This document shows, in pieces, positions 24,901 through 37,400 of a stretch of DNA of 43,505 bases. Under the pieces are notes generated by a model. It ran no database searches. It was not told the DNA's origin and saw only the letters and a list, made by a program, of their open reading frames with translations. Each line of letters begins with the position of its first letter. The stretch's first letter is position 1. A program made the position numbers and the translations under genes. Source of the stretch: Balamuthia mandrillaris (Eukaryota); NCBI GenBank assembly GCA_031835245.2, contig JAVKOQ020000019.1:310001-353505 (forward strand), written 5' to 3'.

Positions 24901-27900
24901 GGTACTGCGGAAAGCATCAAGTAGAAGCAATGTCCATTCTTTTCTCGGTAGACGAACATATTCTTGCGATTACTAACAGCAAAGTGATGCAAGGCAGTTG
25001 CTAATATTACAAACAGGGAAAAAAAAAATGACACACGATCAATGTTAGTAAATACACAAGAGATAGGAAAGGGGATGAGATAAAAACTCGGAACAAACCT
25101 ATAATAGCGCTAACTACTTTATCAGGGCTCATTCGTTGATGAAGGGGCAGTTCGATGACGTGAACACGAGGGCAAGCAAAATAGGAATCGTATTTGGTAA
25201 TGTTCTTCTCGTCGTCATTATCAATGGAGAAGAACTCAGGATTAACGTTGTGAGCGCCAACGTGCTGCACAAAGCTATCTGGCAATAAGCGTGCACGAGG
25301 AGAACGAGGCCGCCCACCGGAACCTTTCCAAGCGGATGGATGCAAGTGCATGGATAAGAGGGCATAGTCGCTGTCGTCGGGGGAGGGGGCTACCAGCAAA
25401 CGGCTGCAGTGGTTGGTTTTGTACAAGGACCACAGCAACAAGAGCTGGTTGACTCGGCGACAGGCCTCGTGGACAGCTGAACGAGCCGCCTCCATGACGA
25501 GAGTGCGCTGGTTCTCTGACAGGTCGCGCGTGTGAAAACGCAGGGTCACCAAGTTTTGTGTCTCTGTTGTCTGTGGTATAAGGATGAGCCAAAACTGTAG
25601 CTCTGGTGTCAGTGGTGATGCTTGTTCATGGTTTCTGTTGCTGGTAGGAGGAAATATTCTAGCTAACGAAGAAGCTTCCATGCCGGTAACTGCCTTGTCA
25701 TGCTCAGCAGTTGCTGAACTAGGTTTCTTCTGATTGCTGTTGATGGCGGAGGTACTAGGGCTGGACAGCCTTTCCACTAACTCACAAGTATTGACCGCGA
25801 TAAACACATTGCCGACCCGTAGCAAGCGGAGAATGCAGGATTCTTGAAGTTGCATTAGAAATAGCTTCATGCCCTCTTTGCGTTCAAGGAATGGCAAACG
25901 GATCGTATCGCTCCAAGTCAGAGGAAAAGGAAGAGAGTCAATATTAGACAGCACGGTATCGAGGGTAGCCCTTTTTGCCAAAAGGCTTGGCTGCGCGTTG
26001 GTGCTAAGGCGAAGCAGATGCAGCACTTCCATAGATACCAGAGAGGATATCCTTTGCTGCAAAGCAGTCATGACGAGGTAGAAGGGGTGGGGTAGTTGAG
26101 TGTAGGACATGACGGAAGGAAGCAATGCGTTGTGATCTTGACCCTCCTCCTCAGTTTCTATGTCAGAGCCACTACTGTTGGATGTATCGTCATCGTAGAG
26201 ATCCACCACATCAGAGACGCTGATGGAGGAGCCGTCACGACCAGCTGCCCAAAGAGAGCTGTGCCGCGAGTCGCTGTCTATCGAGTGGATTGGAGAGGAA
26301 GAAAGAGACAAGGCCCTTCGATTCGAAGATATTTCTCTTTGGTGATACTGTCTCTTGCCGTAGCTGCTGCTGGTGGTGGTGGCGGCGGCGGCGGTGGCGG
26401 CCCGACGCTGCTGCCGCAATAGCCTGGCCGATTCCTCCAGGTGGAATCGGCTGAAGGAATCGCCTGTGACGGACAAGGGGGCCAGCGTTCTTGCAGTGAA
26501 GCGTAATATGACTTGCACGCGATTATGGCTCCAATTCTGGGTTGAGAGGACCTCTTTATCAATGCCAGGCAGCTCTGCTTCAGCTTCAGCGAGGGCTGTT
26601 TGTATGAGCTCCGGTGTGGGAATTCCCTCCACAGGAATGACCTGCTCCCACGAAGAGGAGGTCGTTTTGCCACCGCTGTCCACAGCAGTGCCAGCACCCA
26701 CTATGGTTGCAGCGCGCTTCCGTCGTCCACCGGCGCCTCCATAAGAAGAAGAAGAAGAAGAAGAAGGTAGAGGTGGCGAACCTAAAAAGGCTGGCATGGC
26801 GCTTACACTGGTAGGAGGAGGAGAGATAAAGGAACTGCCGGATGGCGGTGAAGGCTGTGGCAAGAGAAAAGTAGGGGATGGCAAATTAGCCGCCTCAGGG
26901 GAGTAGGGTTTGCCTCCATGATGGTTTATCCGCAGCAAGCACTCAACTTGCAGGAACAGCGGAAAGGGATAGATAAGCAACTTTCTGCTGTGCTTTCTGT
27001 CAAGAATACTGGCAAGTTGGGAGGTAGAGGTGTGGGCGGAACTGCCACTATGATGGGAATGGTAGTTTTGTTGTTGGCGCAGCCGATTGCTGGAAGCAGT
27101 GACCTGGCTTTTTATGGGAGAGGAAGACACCAACTCGATGTCATACTCATCGTCTGATTTGATGAGAGGACTACGATACTCTCGGGTAGGTGTGAAGAAC
27201 TGCTCTTCTTCTTTCCAAAAAAGAGCGTGCTCTTCATCATAGCCATGGGCCTCCGCCTCTTCGTCATCTTCTCCTTCTTCCTCAGCTCCTGCCTCATCTT
27301 CCACACCGGTTGCCGTAGAAAGGCGTTGGGCATAAAAGAAAAACTCTCTACCTTTTCCGTCTTTCGATTTGACAAACGTCAGGTGCATGCAGTCATAAAA
27401 CCGCTCCTGAAGAGTTTGTTGATATTCTTGCAATAACTGTTGCTTTTCAGCTTGCTGCCTGTTATCAGTTTTGCACAGGATGCAAGGAAGAAGGGCAATA
27501 GATTGCTCAAAAAGTTAGCCAAGACAGACCAGAACAGGGCATGGAGTGGAGTATTGGTCTCCATAGTGGTCGGTCAATTCATTACCTTGCTGATGCGCTC
27601 TCGGCTTCTTTTGACCATGGCTCAAAGGCCGAAGATGGGACGGAAGTAGGAGGCATGCTGGTTGCACGCTTCCTTCGTTTTAGTACAATATCTTGTGTTT
27701 CTTTCCGAGTTAGCACGAAGGGCGTGATATCGACCTTGATAAATTCGGAACATTCTTAGAGAACAAAAAGCAATAAAACCACTTCTTTTTCTTCTTCCTC
27801 CCCCTTTTCCTCTCCTCTCCTCTCCTCTCCTCTCTCTCTCTCTCTCTCTTTCTTAGGTTACAGCGACCTGTTATCCATAAGAACATAGAACTCCAGCTAC

Positions 27901-29287
27901 TACGTACTTCAAGTGGATATGAGATGCAACAATTGTGCGCACGTTCCAAGTCGTTCGGATGCACTGGGATGCCATCTCTCAAAGCGGTGTAGACTGCTTT
28001 TACAAAGTTGCGCTCGTAGAGCTGTCGTACAGCTTGACAGAAAAGCATTGCAGAGGTGGTAAGTATGGGGTTATTGCCTGTCAACGGCTGTAGAGGCTCG
28101 GGACTGGATTTCTCCAACTCGCTCTTGTTTTCTTCACTAACATCAGATGAGGAGGAACCATTGAAGAGGAAGTGTATCGCACTTCATGTCAACAAGACAG
28201 CAATAGGGTTAACTTCTCGCCAGGCATTACAATTAAAGTAGAGATAGGATAGGTACTCAGAATAGGGGTGTGTTTTCGAGAGATGCCCAACACGTTCTTT
28301 GGCACACTCGTAGAAATGAATTGTAACGGTATCTGCCCCATCCTCCTGGAGGGAATTGAGTGGTGGCAATACAGCCAGCACTACTCTAGTGTTGCTCATT
28401 AATTTGGCAAAGCATTGGTAGCTTTGGTGTGCCAGAAAAAAAAAGGAAGAGAGCGTGAGGAATAAGAGACAAAAGGGAGTAGCGAAGATAACTAAGAAGA
28501 TATACCCTTTCAGGTCATGTATCTTAGAAGCCATAAGGCTAACATGGCTCCCAGGTTGGGCATGTTCTGCAGTGCGAGGGCTGATAACAGCAGTGCAATA
28601 GTTATCCTCATGGACAGGGAGCCTGCAATCAGAAAGAATGTAGAGGGTTTTACTAAGCATAGTGTGGATGCCTGCGTTTATCTGCTGAAATAAGGTCAGT
28701 GGAGAGTCCCGCTTCGCGGATTTTGCTTTGGTGCTTGGTTGTGCAGCACTCGGCGCTTCAGGTACCACTGCACTGGGCAGCCGTTGCAATAGAGAATATG
28801 TCTCTTCTGCATGAGTGCCAAACGCGATTAAACTATGCAAGTTGATACGGGGCCGCTGGTGTTGTGAGAGTTAGCTAACTGTATTCAACGAAGAAAAAGA
28901 AGAAGAAGAAAAGGAAACATTGGAGTTAGAAATGGGTAATGGCATACCTCTACCCAATATTGTGTAGCATCCCGTTGGCGGCGGGTTTTTCTGCGCCCAT
29001 TGGATAGATTGCTTACTGGATCCGTTTTTGCTTGTGGGTTGTTCACTTGTTCAGCTATGTAATCAAACGAACATAATGCCGAAATTATATTTCCGTCGGC
29101 GTGATGAAGTTCGGCTACAAGGCAATCAAACAGCTCCTCCTTGATAGAGAATACATACGTTAGACTTAGAAAAACCTGGATAAAGGCACTCGGGAGGTAG
29201 GAAATTCATATTAGTAATTATGGCACTTTACTTACACTGGCAATGGTGTGTCTTTTGTGGTGGGCTAAGAATTGGAATTTCCTGGGA

Positions 29288-29339
<52 letters not shown>

Positions 29340-30482
29340 AGAATAAGGTGAGTCAACGATGCAGGAGAGAATAGGAACCAGTAACAAAAATAGTACCCAT
29401 ACTGCGGTTCCATCCATAACTCAGTGGCTATGATATTAGGTTCCCTGTGATAGAGAACGTATTGGAGAATACACGGCAAGCCGCGAGGCATAGAATGCGT
29501 GCTTGATACTCGTAAGTGAATGTCCTAAGGTGAAAAATGTTATTTGATCGAAAGCGTACATGGCAACGCCATTATGTAAATGGGCTACGACCCGAACTAA
29601 CCTTAACAAATGATACAAAGTTGGAGGCTGTGGAAGTGGGCAACCACTGTTCTCGGATACGAGTAGCTACTAGTAGTTCTGTGGCAACGTTTCGAGTATC
29701 CGGAGAGGCAGACATTACCCATGCCCATCGCCGCTTCCACAGATGGGAGGTGAGTAGTGGCATTGTAGGAGATGGTGCTGTTGGCACAAATTTGTTGACA
29801 TCTGTGGCTACTGCCTCTTCTTCCGCAGAAGTAAGAGACTGCGGATCATAACGAATGAGAACGGGACGAAAGAGCTTCGAGCAAAAGAAGAAAGGGCAGA
29901 TCCTTGAATGAGATTCATGGCCCTTGTAATATGCATACTCGTCCTATAGAGAAGAGAAGCAATGAGGTTGGTTCTTGCGTACAATAGATTGTCCACAAAC
30001 TGGGAATTATAGAGAAGGTACAAGCTTACGTACCACAGGAACAGTCGCCTCTGCTAGTTGTTGCTTGAATTCAGCAAAAGAGCTAATCCTAGTGCTAGTT
30101 GGTGCAAAGTATGCCAAATGTAATGCCACAAGGCTGTTAGTCTCCCAACTTAAGCGTAGCAAACAGAAGGCACCAATGGAGTTCTGCAACAAGTGAAGAT
30201 ATTAGCCACTTTTGATTTTTGTTTCGAAAGTTAATCTACCTGTGGATAGGATCCTCCAAGGCCAGATGTTGCTGAACGGTCGCATGCATTCAACAGCTTT
30301 ACGAATATGGAATGAGAAAAGTTAAAAGTGCTCCATTTTGTACAAAAGGCAAGCAGTGCTTCTCGAGCTCTCCGATACTGAAAATCTCCTCCTGTTCCAG
30401 CTAGGAGAAAAAAACAAATTTATGGTAGCTATCGTGAGAAAAATAAAATAGGAGGAATAGAATCACAGGAAGGTCACGAGGG

Positions 30483-30526
<44 letters not shown>

Positions 30527-33140
30527 CAGGTATTAGCGTTAGAGTCCCAGCCTGAATGAAGGAAAAAGAGATTATCCTCTTTGAGGACGACTTCCACCTT
30601 TTCAGTACTAAACCATCGGTGTAACCGTCCACGTAGTGATGGTAGAAGGGAAGAAAATTCTTTCTTAGCCTCTTCTAAGGGATTATGTTGGCGACGATCT
30701 GTGTTCTCATCTTGCTTTAGGGTGGTACTGCGACAAAGGGTAGTCATTAAGTTACTTTTGGAAACCAGGGAACGCAGAACTCTATCCGTTTGGCTCAGTT
30801 GGTGCAGGAATTTGTGTAATGGGGAGCTTTGCCCCAACGTTAATTGGTGCGCCTGTTTGCGGAGAGACAGAGACAGAGACAGAGACAGAGACAGAGACAG
30901 AGACAGAGACAGAGACAGAGACAGAGACAGAGACAGAGACAGAGACAGAGACAGAGAATGCGTTAGATGTTGATGTCGTGGCTGTATATAGGTTGGGATA
31001 CATACACCCCCTTTCTGTAATAGGTCAAACCGATGAATAAATTGTGGGAATGCAAGGACATTAATGGTGATCTGCATAACCTTGCCCGTTTGTGCTTTGG
31101 GGTCGTTGCATTCAACGCTATATTCGATAACAACGTCAGGTTGCCATGCGAGCGAGAGCCCCAGGGAGAATGACTGTTCAGAGTCATATGATATCCCGCT
31201 TAGATAGAACCCTTCTTGAAGTCTAACATCGAGCAATTGCCAAAGGCTTACTTCCGGCAGGTCATATTCTTTCCATTTAGTCTTGCTCCGGCCCAATATA
31301 GCAGAGGGTTGTGGAGGAGCAGCGTGGTCGGTATTCCAAGGGAACGGGATGTTGAGATCTGGGTACTCATTGTCTTCTTGCCCTTTGTCAAGATTCAACC
31401 CATGCTCTTGCTCTTTGAAATAGCAAAAGTCTTTCAATAGGAGGTTGAATTGTAGTGCGGTGGCTCTCATACAAGCATAAAATCTCGCACGTGTTCCTGT
31501 AGTCCCGTCCGTTTCGTATAGCAGTTGGAAATTATTGGCACAGTCTTGGATTGACCGCATGAAATTACCCCCTGTGTGTAGCGATAGATAACGCAGCATT
31601 TCTATAGATTTTAAGGAAACAAGTGAGCATTATCATTTGGGTCTAAGTGTATCAGAGAAGAAGAGGAAGAGGAGGAAGATGAGGAGGAGAAGAGCAACGA
31701 GGAGTGACCTGTATCGGGAACATAGCCAAAAAGGCAATGCACAGCCCTGTTGGAGTCTAACTGTATGACAGAACAAGCAATATCCTCTCTGTTAAGCAGC
31801 ATAACATAGTTGTCATAGGACCGAAGGTCCGGCAGTGCGGAGACCCCATCTGTCATCAGTGCAAGAGGTTAAGGATGTCATTGTTGTCAAGCATACCTCA
31901 GCTATCTCACTATCAAATCTACATTGCAATCAATCTTAAAAGGATATGAACAATAACTGGACACGCATCGCGGGGTAACATGGTGAGAGCAAACACAGAG
32001 TTTTGTAATGTGCTTCTTAGATCAGGAGCCAGAGGAGTAAGCCTGTTGTTGTTCACTCAAAGCTTTCAGATGTGGGAATAGGAAAGAGTAGAGCAGTAGA
32101 AGAGGACAAAGGGAAAAAGCAAACGCATCGAATAACACAATAAAACAAGGAACAAGCCAGAAAACAACAACGGAGAATTGAAAGGAGAACGCACTGTTGT
32201 TGATACAGGCGAGCAAAACTACACTCTAGTTGCTTAAGCTGCGCCTTGAGCTTGCGAATAACGGGCCGCACGTTGCTCGAAGTGAGTAAACAACCTTGGA
32301 GTAGAGTACTAAATGTGGTCGTGGCCGTCCCTTGTGCTATTACGGAGATATAAAGTTCTGGTACGATCTGCGGGGCGCAACAACAGCAAGCATTAGTACA
32401 TAGCACTTGAGATGAATACAGAGCTAACATACTTGAAGGTTGAGAGCAGGAACAGTGATGGGTTTCACCAGATCCAGTAAACATTGTTTTAGAGCGGGCA
32501 GAACCTGGTCCAAAACGATGGTATCATTGCCAGCACACAAAGTAGCCATGGAGGGGCTCACGTCTAAACTGAACACCACACGATACTTGCAGTAGATGGT
32601 GGCAACTTGGGAGCGGGCATGCAAAGCTAGGACTGGTGCTGTTGATGTAGGCTGCGCTGCTGAGGAGGGTTCCCTATCCTCCTCTTCTTTGGCTTGCCTC
32701 AGCCGTTGTAGTTTTTCCTCTTGCGCTCGCTGTTGCTTGCGCTGTTGTTTGGAGCAGCGAAGCAGCAGCCCTTCCTTCAAAAACGTGTCCTTACTACTTT
32801 CTGATAACAGGCAGCAGGGTGGGGGCAGCTCCGCAGCTTCCTCCTCCTCTTCCTGTTGCCCCGAGTGGTAGGAGTAAAGCAAGTGAGCAGCTAGCGCGGT
32901 ACCGTTGTTGGTAAAGTAAGCATTTGCACGTCGTGACTCAGAGTCTTGTGTGCTCGGCAGTAGCTCTGCTGACGGGTCACTTTTGCGCGCCAACAGCTGC
33001 TGAAGGAACCACGACGTTCTTTCTTTCCTTGCGAAGGTGGAGTGGTCTTGAGCTAGCAAGCACACGCTATCATGAGAGCCACAGTGGTGAAAAGTAGAGT
33101 GGCCACTTGCCAGCTCCTCCTCTGTAGGCAGCAGTGACAT
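18987..33140 (-). CDS. SZT2: KICSTOR complex scaffold SZT2, very large multi-exon gene
   Basis: N-terminal motifs RKERTSWFLQQL, YRVVFSLDVSPSM, PELYISVIA, LLQGCLL, PVIVLMTDGV, FGYVPD, RLQEGF, LAWQPDVVIEY and ELWMEPQYG. Later LYTYNW, LHLNSFVYDFH and YHRDQLWARL. These match my recollection of SZT2 family motifs. Confidence 0.88.
30863..30957 (-). repeat. (GAGACA)n microsatellite in an SZT2 intron
   Basis: About 15 tandem hexamers. It is read through in frame by the ORF caller but is flanked by GT...AG. Confidence 0.93.
31859..31947 (-). other. U12-type AT-AC intron in SZT2
   Basis: Minus strand: C|ATATCCTTTT ... TCCTTAAC (31875-31868) CTCTTGCAC|TG. Splicing gives DACPVIVLMTDGV. Confidence 0.95.
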
Positions 33141-33547
33141 CTGTTGCTAGCAAGAGTGAGCCAATCTTCGGTAACCCAACGGGAAGAAAAGCAAACAAAT
33201 ATGGTGGTAGAAGTAAGTGATAGCGGAGGGATAAAGCTGGCGGTCAGAGTGAGGGCTGCGCAAAGATCATAAGGTCAAAAGGGTTCCGTCAACTCCCATC
33301 TCTCTCTCTCTCTCTTCTTTCTTTTCGTAGTTGTCGTTGATGATGAGAACGCGTGTGCTGCTACGGAGCCTTGGGGTGTTGTTGTGTGTGAAGAGCACCC
33401 ACCCCTCAAGCGCCCACCTTTTTTTCTTTTTTTACCTGTTGTTTTTACAAAAGCCCCTGCTATCCAAGGCTAATATTGTCCATTCCTTCTCTCAGAGAAG
33501 TTTTATTACAAAACAGTGGCAGAGCGGAGCTGAGAGAAGCTCTGTGC

Positions 33548-36500
33548 TCAAGAAGGCCGGAGAAACATATGATCATCCAAGGCAAGCATAATGCGTACTG
33601 TAACCATTAAACATGCAACAATAGCAAAGGGAACAAACACAATGACCGAAGCATTCCACCAAGATGACCGTTCGTTCCCCTTGTTGTATGGCAACATACT
33701 ACCAGGCCGTGCATATTGCAAGGGTTTGGCTTGTCCAAGTTCCATGACCTCCTCTTGGAGCTGTTGTATCATTTTTTCTTTTTCTTCAAGTCGTTGAAGT
33801 AGCTTCTCGCGCTGTTGTTTTTCTTCACTCCGTACTTGCGCTACAGCTTGTTCAATTGAATTTGAAGAGGCCTGCACGTGATCCATTCTTTCACCTTGGT
33901 GCTGGCTGATCTCTTCTGTCCTTCTTTTTAGCTCTTCCTGAAGCCTCTTGACTTCTTTCTCTTTCGCTTTCACCTCATCTGTTTTTTGCTTTACCAATCG
34001 CTCGTTCTCCAGTTTTTGGTTTTCCAGGTTCTGGGATGCCCGTTGTTGCTCCGCTAAAGCATCGTCTCTCTGACGTAGAAGTACATCTTTATCCGCCTTG
34101 AGTTTCTTAATAATATCATCCTTCTCTTGAAGCTGTCGGGTTAGATTCTCTTGCTTTTCCTTTTCTCTGTTTGCTCCTCCTTTTTCTTGGTCAAAAGTTT
34201 CTAGCTGCTCGCGGAGCAATTTGACTTCTTCCTCTTTAGCTTTCAGTTCATCTGTTTTTTGATTGTATTGCTCAACCAAGACTTGATGTGCTTGGTGTTG
34301 TTCTTCTAAGGCTTGGTCTTTTTGTGTGGACTGTTTTTGAAGTGCTATCAGTTGTTGTTGGAGTTTGTTGAGTTCTATATCTTGGCCTTCAGATGTACCC
34401 TGCTGTTGCTGAGACTTCTCTTCAAGCTGAATCCGTTTAAGTTCGAGTTCAGTGTCAAGGTCACAAATCCTTTTCTCATTGTCCTTCATGATGCGGTCCA
34501 GCTGCTGTAAGTGTGCTTCTTTTTCCGCGAGCTGCTCAGCCTGCCGTTTTAGAGATGAATTCATCTGTAGTTGTTCTTCTTGTAACCTCTTTAATTCATC
34601 TTCCAACTTTTCGTTCTGTTCTTGAGCTGCCGATAAGTCCTCTTGATACTCCTCAAACCTGTTTTCTGCTTCTTCTAACTGCGCCTCTAGTTGTGATTTT
34701 TCTAAGCGTAACGCGTCATACTTTTCCTTCAGTTCTGTTTGTTCTTTCAGCAAATTATTTTGTAATTGGTTTTGAATTAAAACCATTTTGTCTTTCTCCC
34801 GATCCATTTCCTCCATTCCCTCCGTGACTGACTTCTCAAGCGCGTCTCTCTCGTTTTTTAGCTGCTCTACTTTTTGAGACTCATCTGCCAGCTGAAAGGT
34901 CAATTCTTGCACCTTTTCTTGAAGCTCCCCGTTTTCTTTCTCTACTTCCTGCCGAGCGCTTCTCTCCATTTCTATCTTACGTTTAAATGCGTCTATCTTC
35001 TTGAGAAGCACGGAATTTGGAACGTTCTGAGTTAATCGGTAGTCAGTCTCGTTCCGAGGAGAAGACTTGGGAAGAGTGATGAAAGTAATAATAATAGTAA
35101 TTGCAACGCTAATGTACCTTGAAATCAAAGTTGTCTGAAGTATGCCCATTATCAACCACACTGCTGCCATAACTTTCATCTACCGAGATTGGATCGAGAG
35201 ACTCTTCCAGGCCCCCTCCCGAAAGCTTATCCAAGCCATCCTCCCCTTCAAACGGAATAACTTCGTGTACATCCTCTAGCTCTCCCAGTTCTGAAGCCAA
35301 GGACTGCAAAGAAGAAGGTAAGCGAGAAAGCTAAGTAAAATGTAATGAAAATTAAGGATGTCACAAACACACTGACATAATAAAACAATGGAGGAGAAGG
35401 GATACCTGACAAACCTCACCAGAAGGTGGTGGTGTTGCCGCTTCTTTACGTCGATTCTTCAGAGAGTCATTGATCGCTCTAGTCTCTTTTAAAGCCTTCT
35501 CAAGACCTTCTTTTTCTTTTACTAGCGCTAGGATCTGTGCTCGAAAGCTTGACGTCAGTGATTCCTCCAGATTTTTTTCTGTACGCTCTTTCTCTTCCTG
35601 TAGCTGTGAGACGACCCAAAAGCAACTGTGTTAATCACTGATGAAGAGTAAAGATTGAGGTCGCAGACGTAGCATACTTTGAGCAACTGATCTTCAAACT
35701 TTTTTTTAAGGGCAGCGTCCGATTTTACTTCTTCCAGTTGTGCGCTAAGGTCTGCAACTTTTTGTTCGCTATCTTTCAATTGTTGTTTCGTCTGCTGCAA
35801 AAGCTCTTTCCGAGTCGAAGGTTACCAGTAATAAGCAAAAGCTTGCATTTGATACTCGAAGAAGAGGTCGTACCATCGTTCTGTGTGCGCAGCTTTATAT
35901 TCTCTTTTTTTAAAACTTCGATTTGTTCATTTAACTTGTTTTCACTATCTTTTAAAGATTCCACCTGGATCAGCCGCACAGGATAAGTAATGAGAAATGA
36001 AGGATAGACTGACAGTTGAGATTATTTTACCTGGGAAGAGAGATCCATCATCTTTTTCCTGTTTAATTGAGTGCTCGCATCCTTCTTGTTACCTTCTTTT
36101 AGAAGTGATTGTGCTTCCTCCAGTTCAAATGCCTGGCTATCCAACTGTCCCTCTAAGATTTTTAGTTGCTATACATCAAAGTGAATTATGTCAGTGATGT
36201 ATGCAAGGTGATTTAGCACTCATGAAGATGTTAACCTCTTTAAGCTTGTCTCGCTCTTGGCGATAGGTTTGCAGCTCGCGCTTGAGTTCCGCTACACTTT
36301 GCGATTGCTGAACCAAGGAAAAGAGCCAAACCAGATGCAACGTTTAGACTGGGCAAATAACACAGCAAACTAACGAGAACCCACCAACACCAACACCAAC
36401 AAACTCAAAGTACCTCGATTCCTGATCCAGCGCCATGCTCGGTCTGCAACTCCAATACCTCTTCCTGATCAAACTCAGACTGCTCATCAGTTTCTCGCTC

Positions 36501-36988
36501 GGTTACTCCTGCACCGACTTGAAAGGCTCTCTGGAAGTCGGCCCAGCTTATCTTGCCATCATTATCAGAGTCTGATGATTATTGAAGGAGAGGAGGATAG
36601 GTTAGGAAGCAGCGAACCCAGCTTGTTCGGCCTGCTGCAAAGATTCAAATAACTATGATCGAGTGCTTGTGGGAGACAATGGGAGTGCGCACCAAGCACC
36701 GGGAAAAGCTGATCGGCGTCCCAATCAGGCCCAACCTGAGAGACACGCCTAAACTTTTTCAGCATTGTGTGAAGCTCTTCTTTGCTCAGGCAGCCATCCT
36801 ATGCATAGGAGAAAGGGAAAGAGGCCGCCACCGACCCCATCCAGTCAGCAGCGAACACAAGAATATTGGAAAGAATAAAAGGCCACGAAGAGAACCTTGT
36901 CAATGTCACTTTCCTCGAACATCGAGCGGAGGAGGTCCAAAGACGCTTCCAGTCCGTTTATTGAATTCCTGCTCCTCACTTCAGACAT
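33548..36988 (-). CDS. EF-hand pair + long coiled coil + C-terminal transmembrane anchor protein, about 9 exons
   Basis: Spliced N-terminus MSEVRS...MFEESDIDK|DGCLSKEEL (EF1) and FPVL|DSDNDGKISWADF (EF2). More than 500 aa of coiled coil follow. C-terminus is WWNASVIVFVPFAIVACLMVTVRIMLALDDHMFLRPS*. Confidence 0.8.
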
Positions 36989-37400
36989 GACGGCGAGAGA
37001 GGTTGCCTGGAACCGTGCACCAATTCTTTGCTAGCTGCTACCTCCTGCGGCCGTTGTTGTGCCACGCAAACAAATAACAACAATGACAACAACACTGGCA
37101 AAGGCTGGTCTGTCTGTCTGGCGTTGGCTCTGTGGCAAGGGGATACCCACTGCAACCGCCGTTCTCCTCCTCTGCCGCCTCTGCTGTCTGCCTGGCAAAC
37201 AAAAAAAAAAAACCGTTGTTGTGGTCGTTGTTGTTGTTGTTGGAGCCGCCCAGCCCCCCCCAGCAACAGCAAAAGTTTTGTGCTCTTCTCCGGTGGTGGC
37301 GACAAGATTGACCCCTCGTGTAAAACAACCTTTGTTAAAAACTGAGCCAGAGCTTGGAAGACGGACCCTGGGCAGCAGCTGCTGTTGCTGTTCATTCGCC

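Noticed and set aside
28490..28505. SZT2 donor GTATATCTT as a further U12 site
   Set aside because: Lacks the TATCC core, and there is no CCTTAAC-like branch near the acceptor.
37059..37400. N-terminal 114 aa of the 681-aa ORF
   Set aside because: Low-complexity promoter/UTR read-through from a non-ATG start. The ATG at 37401 begins a clear signal peptide.
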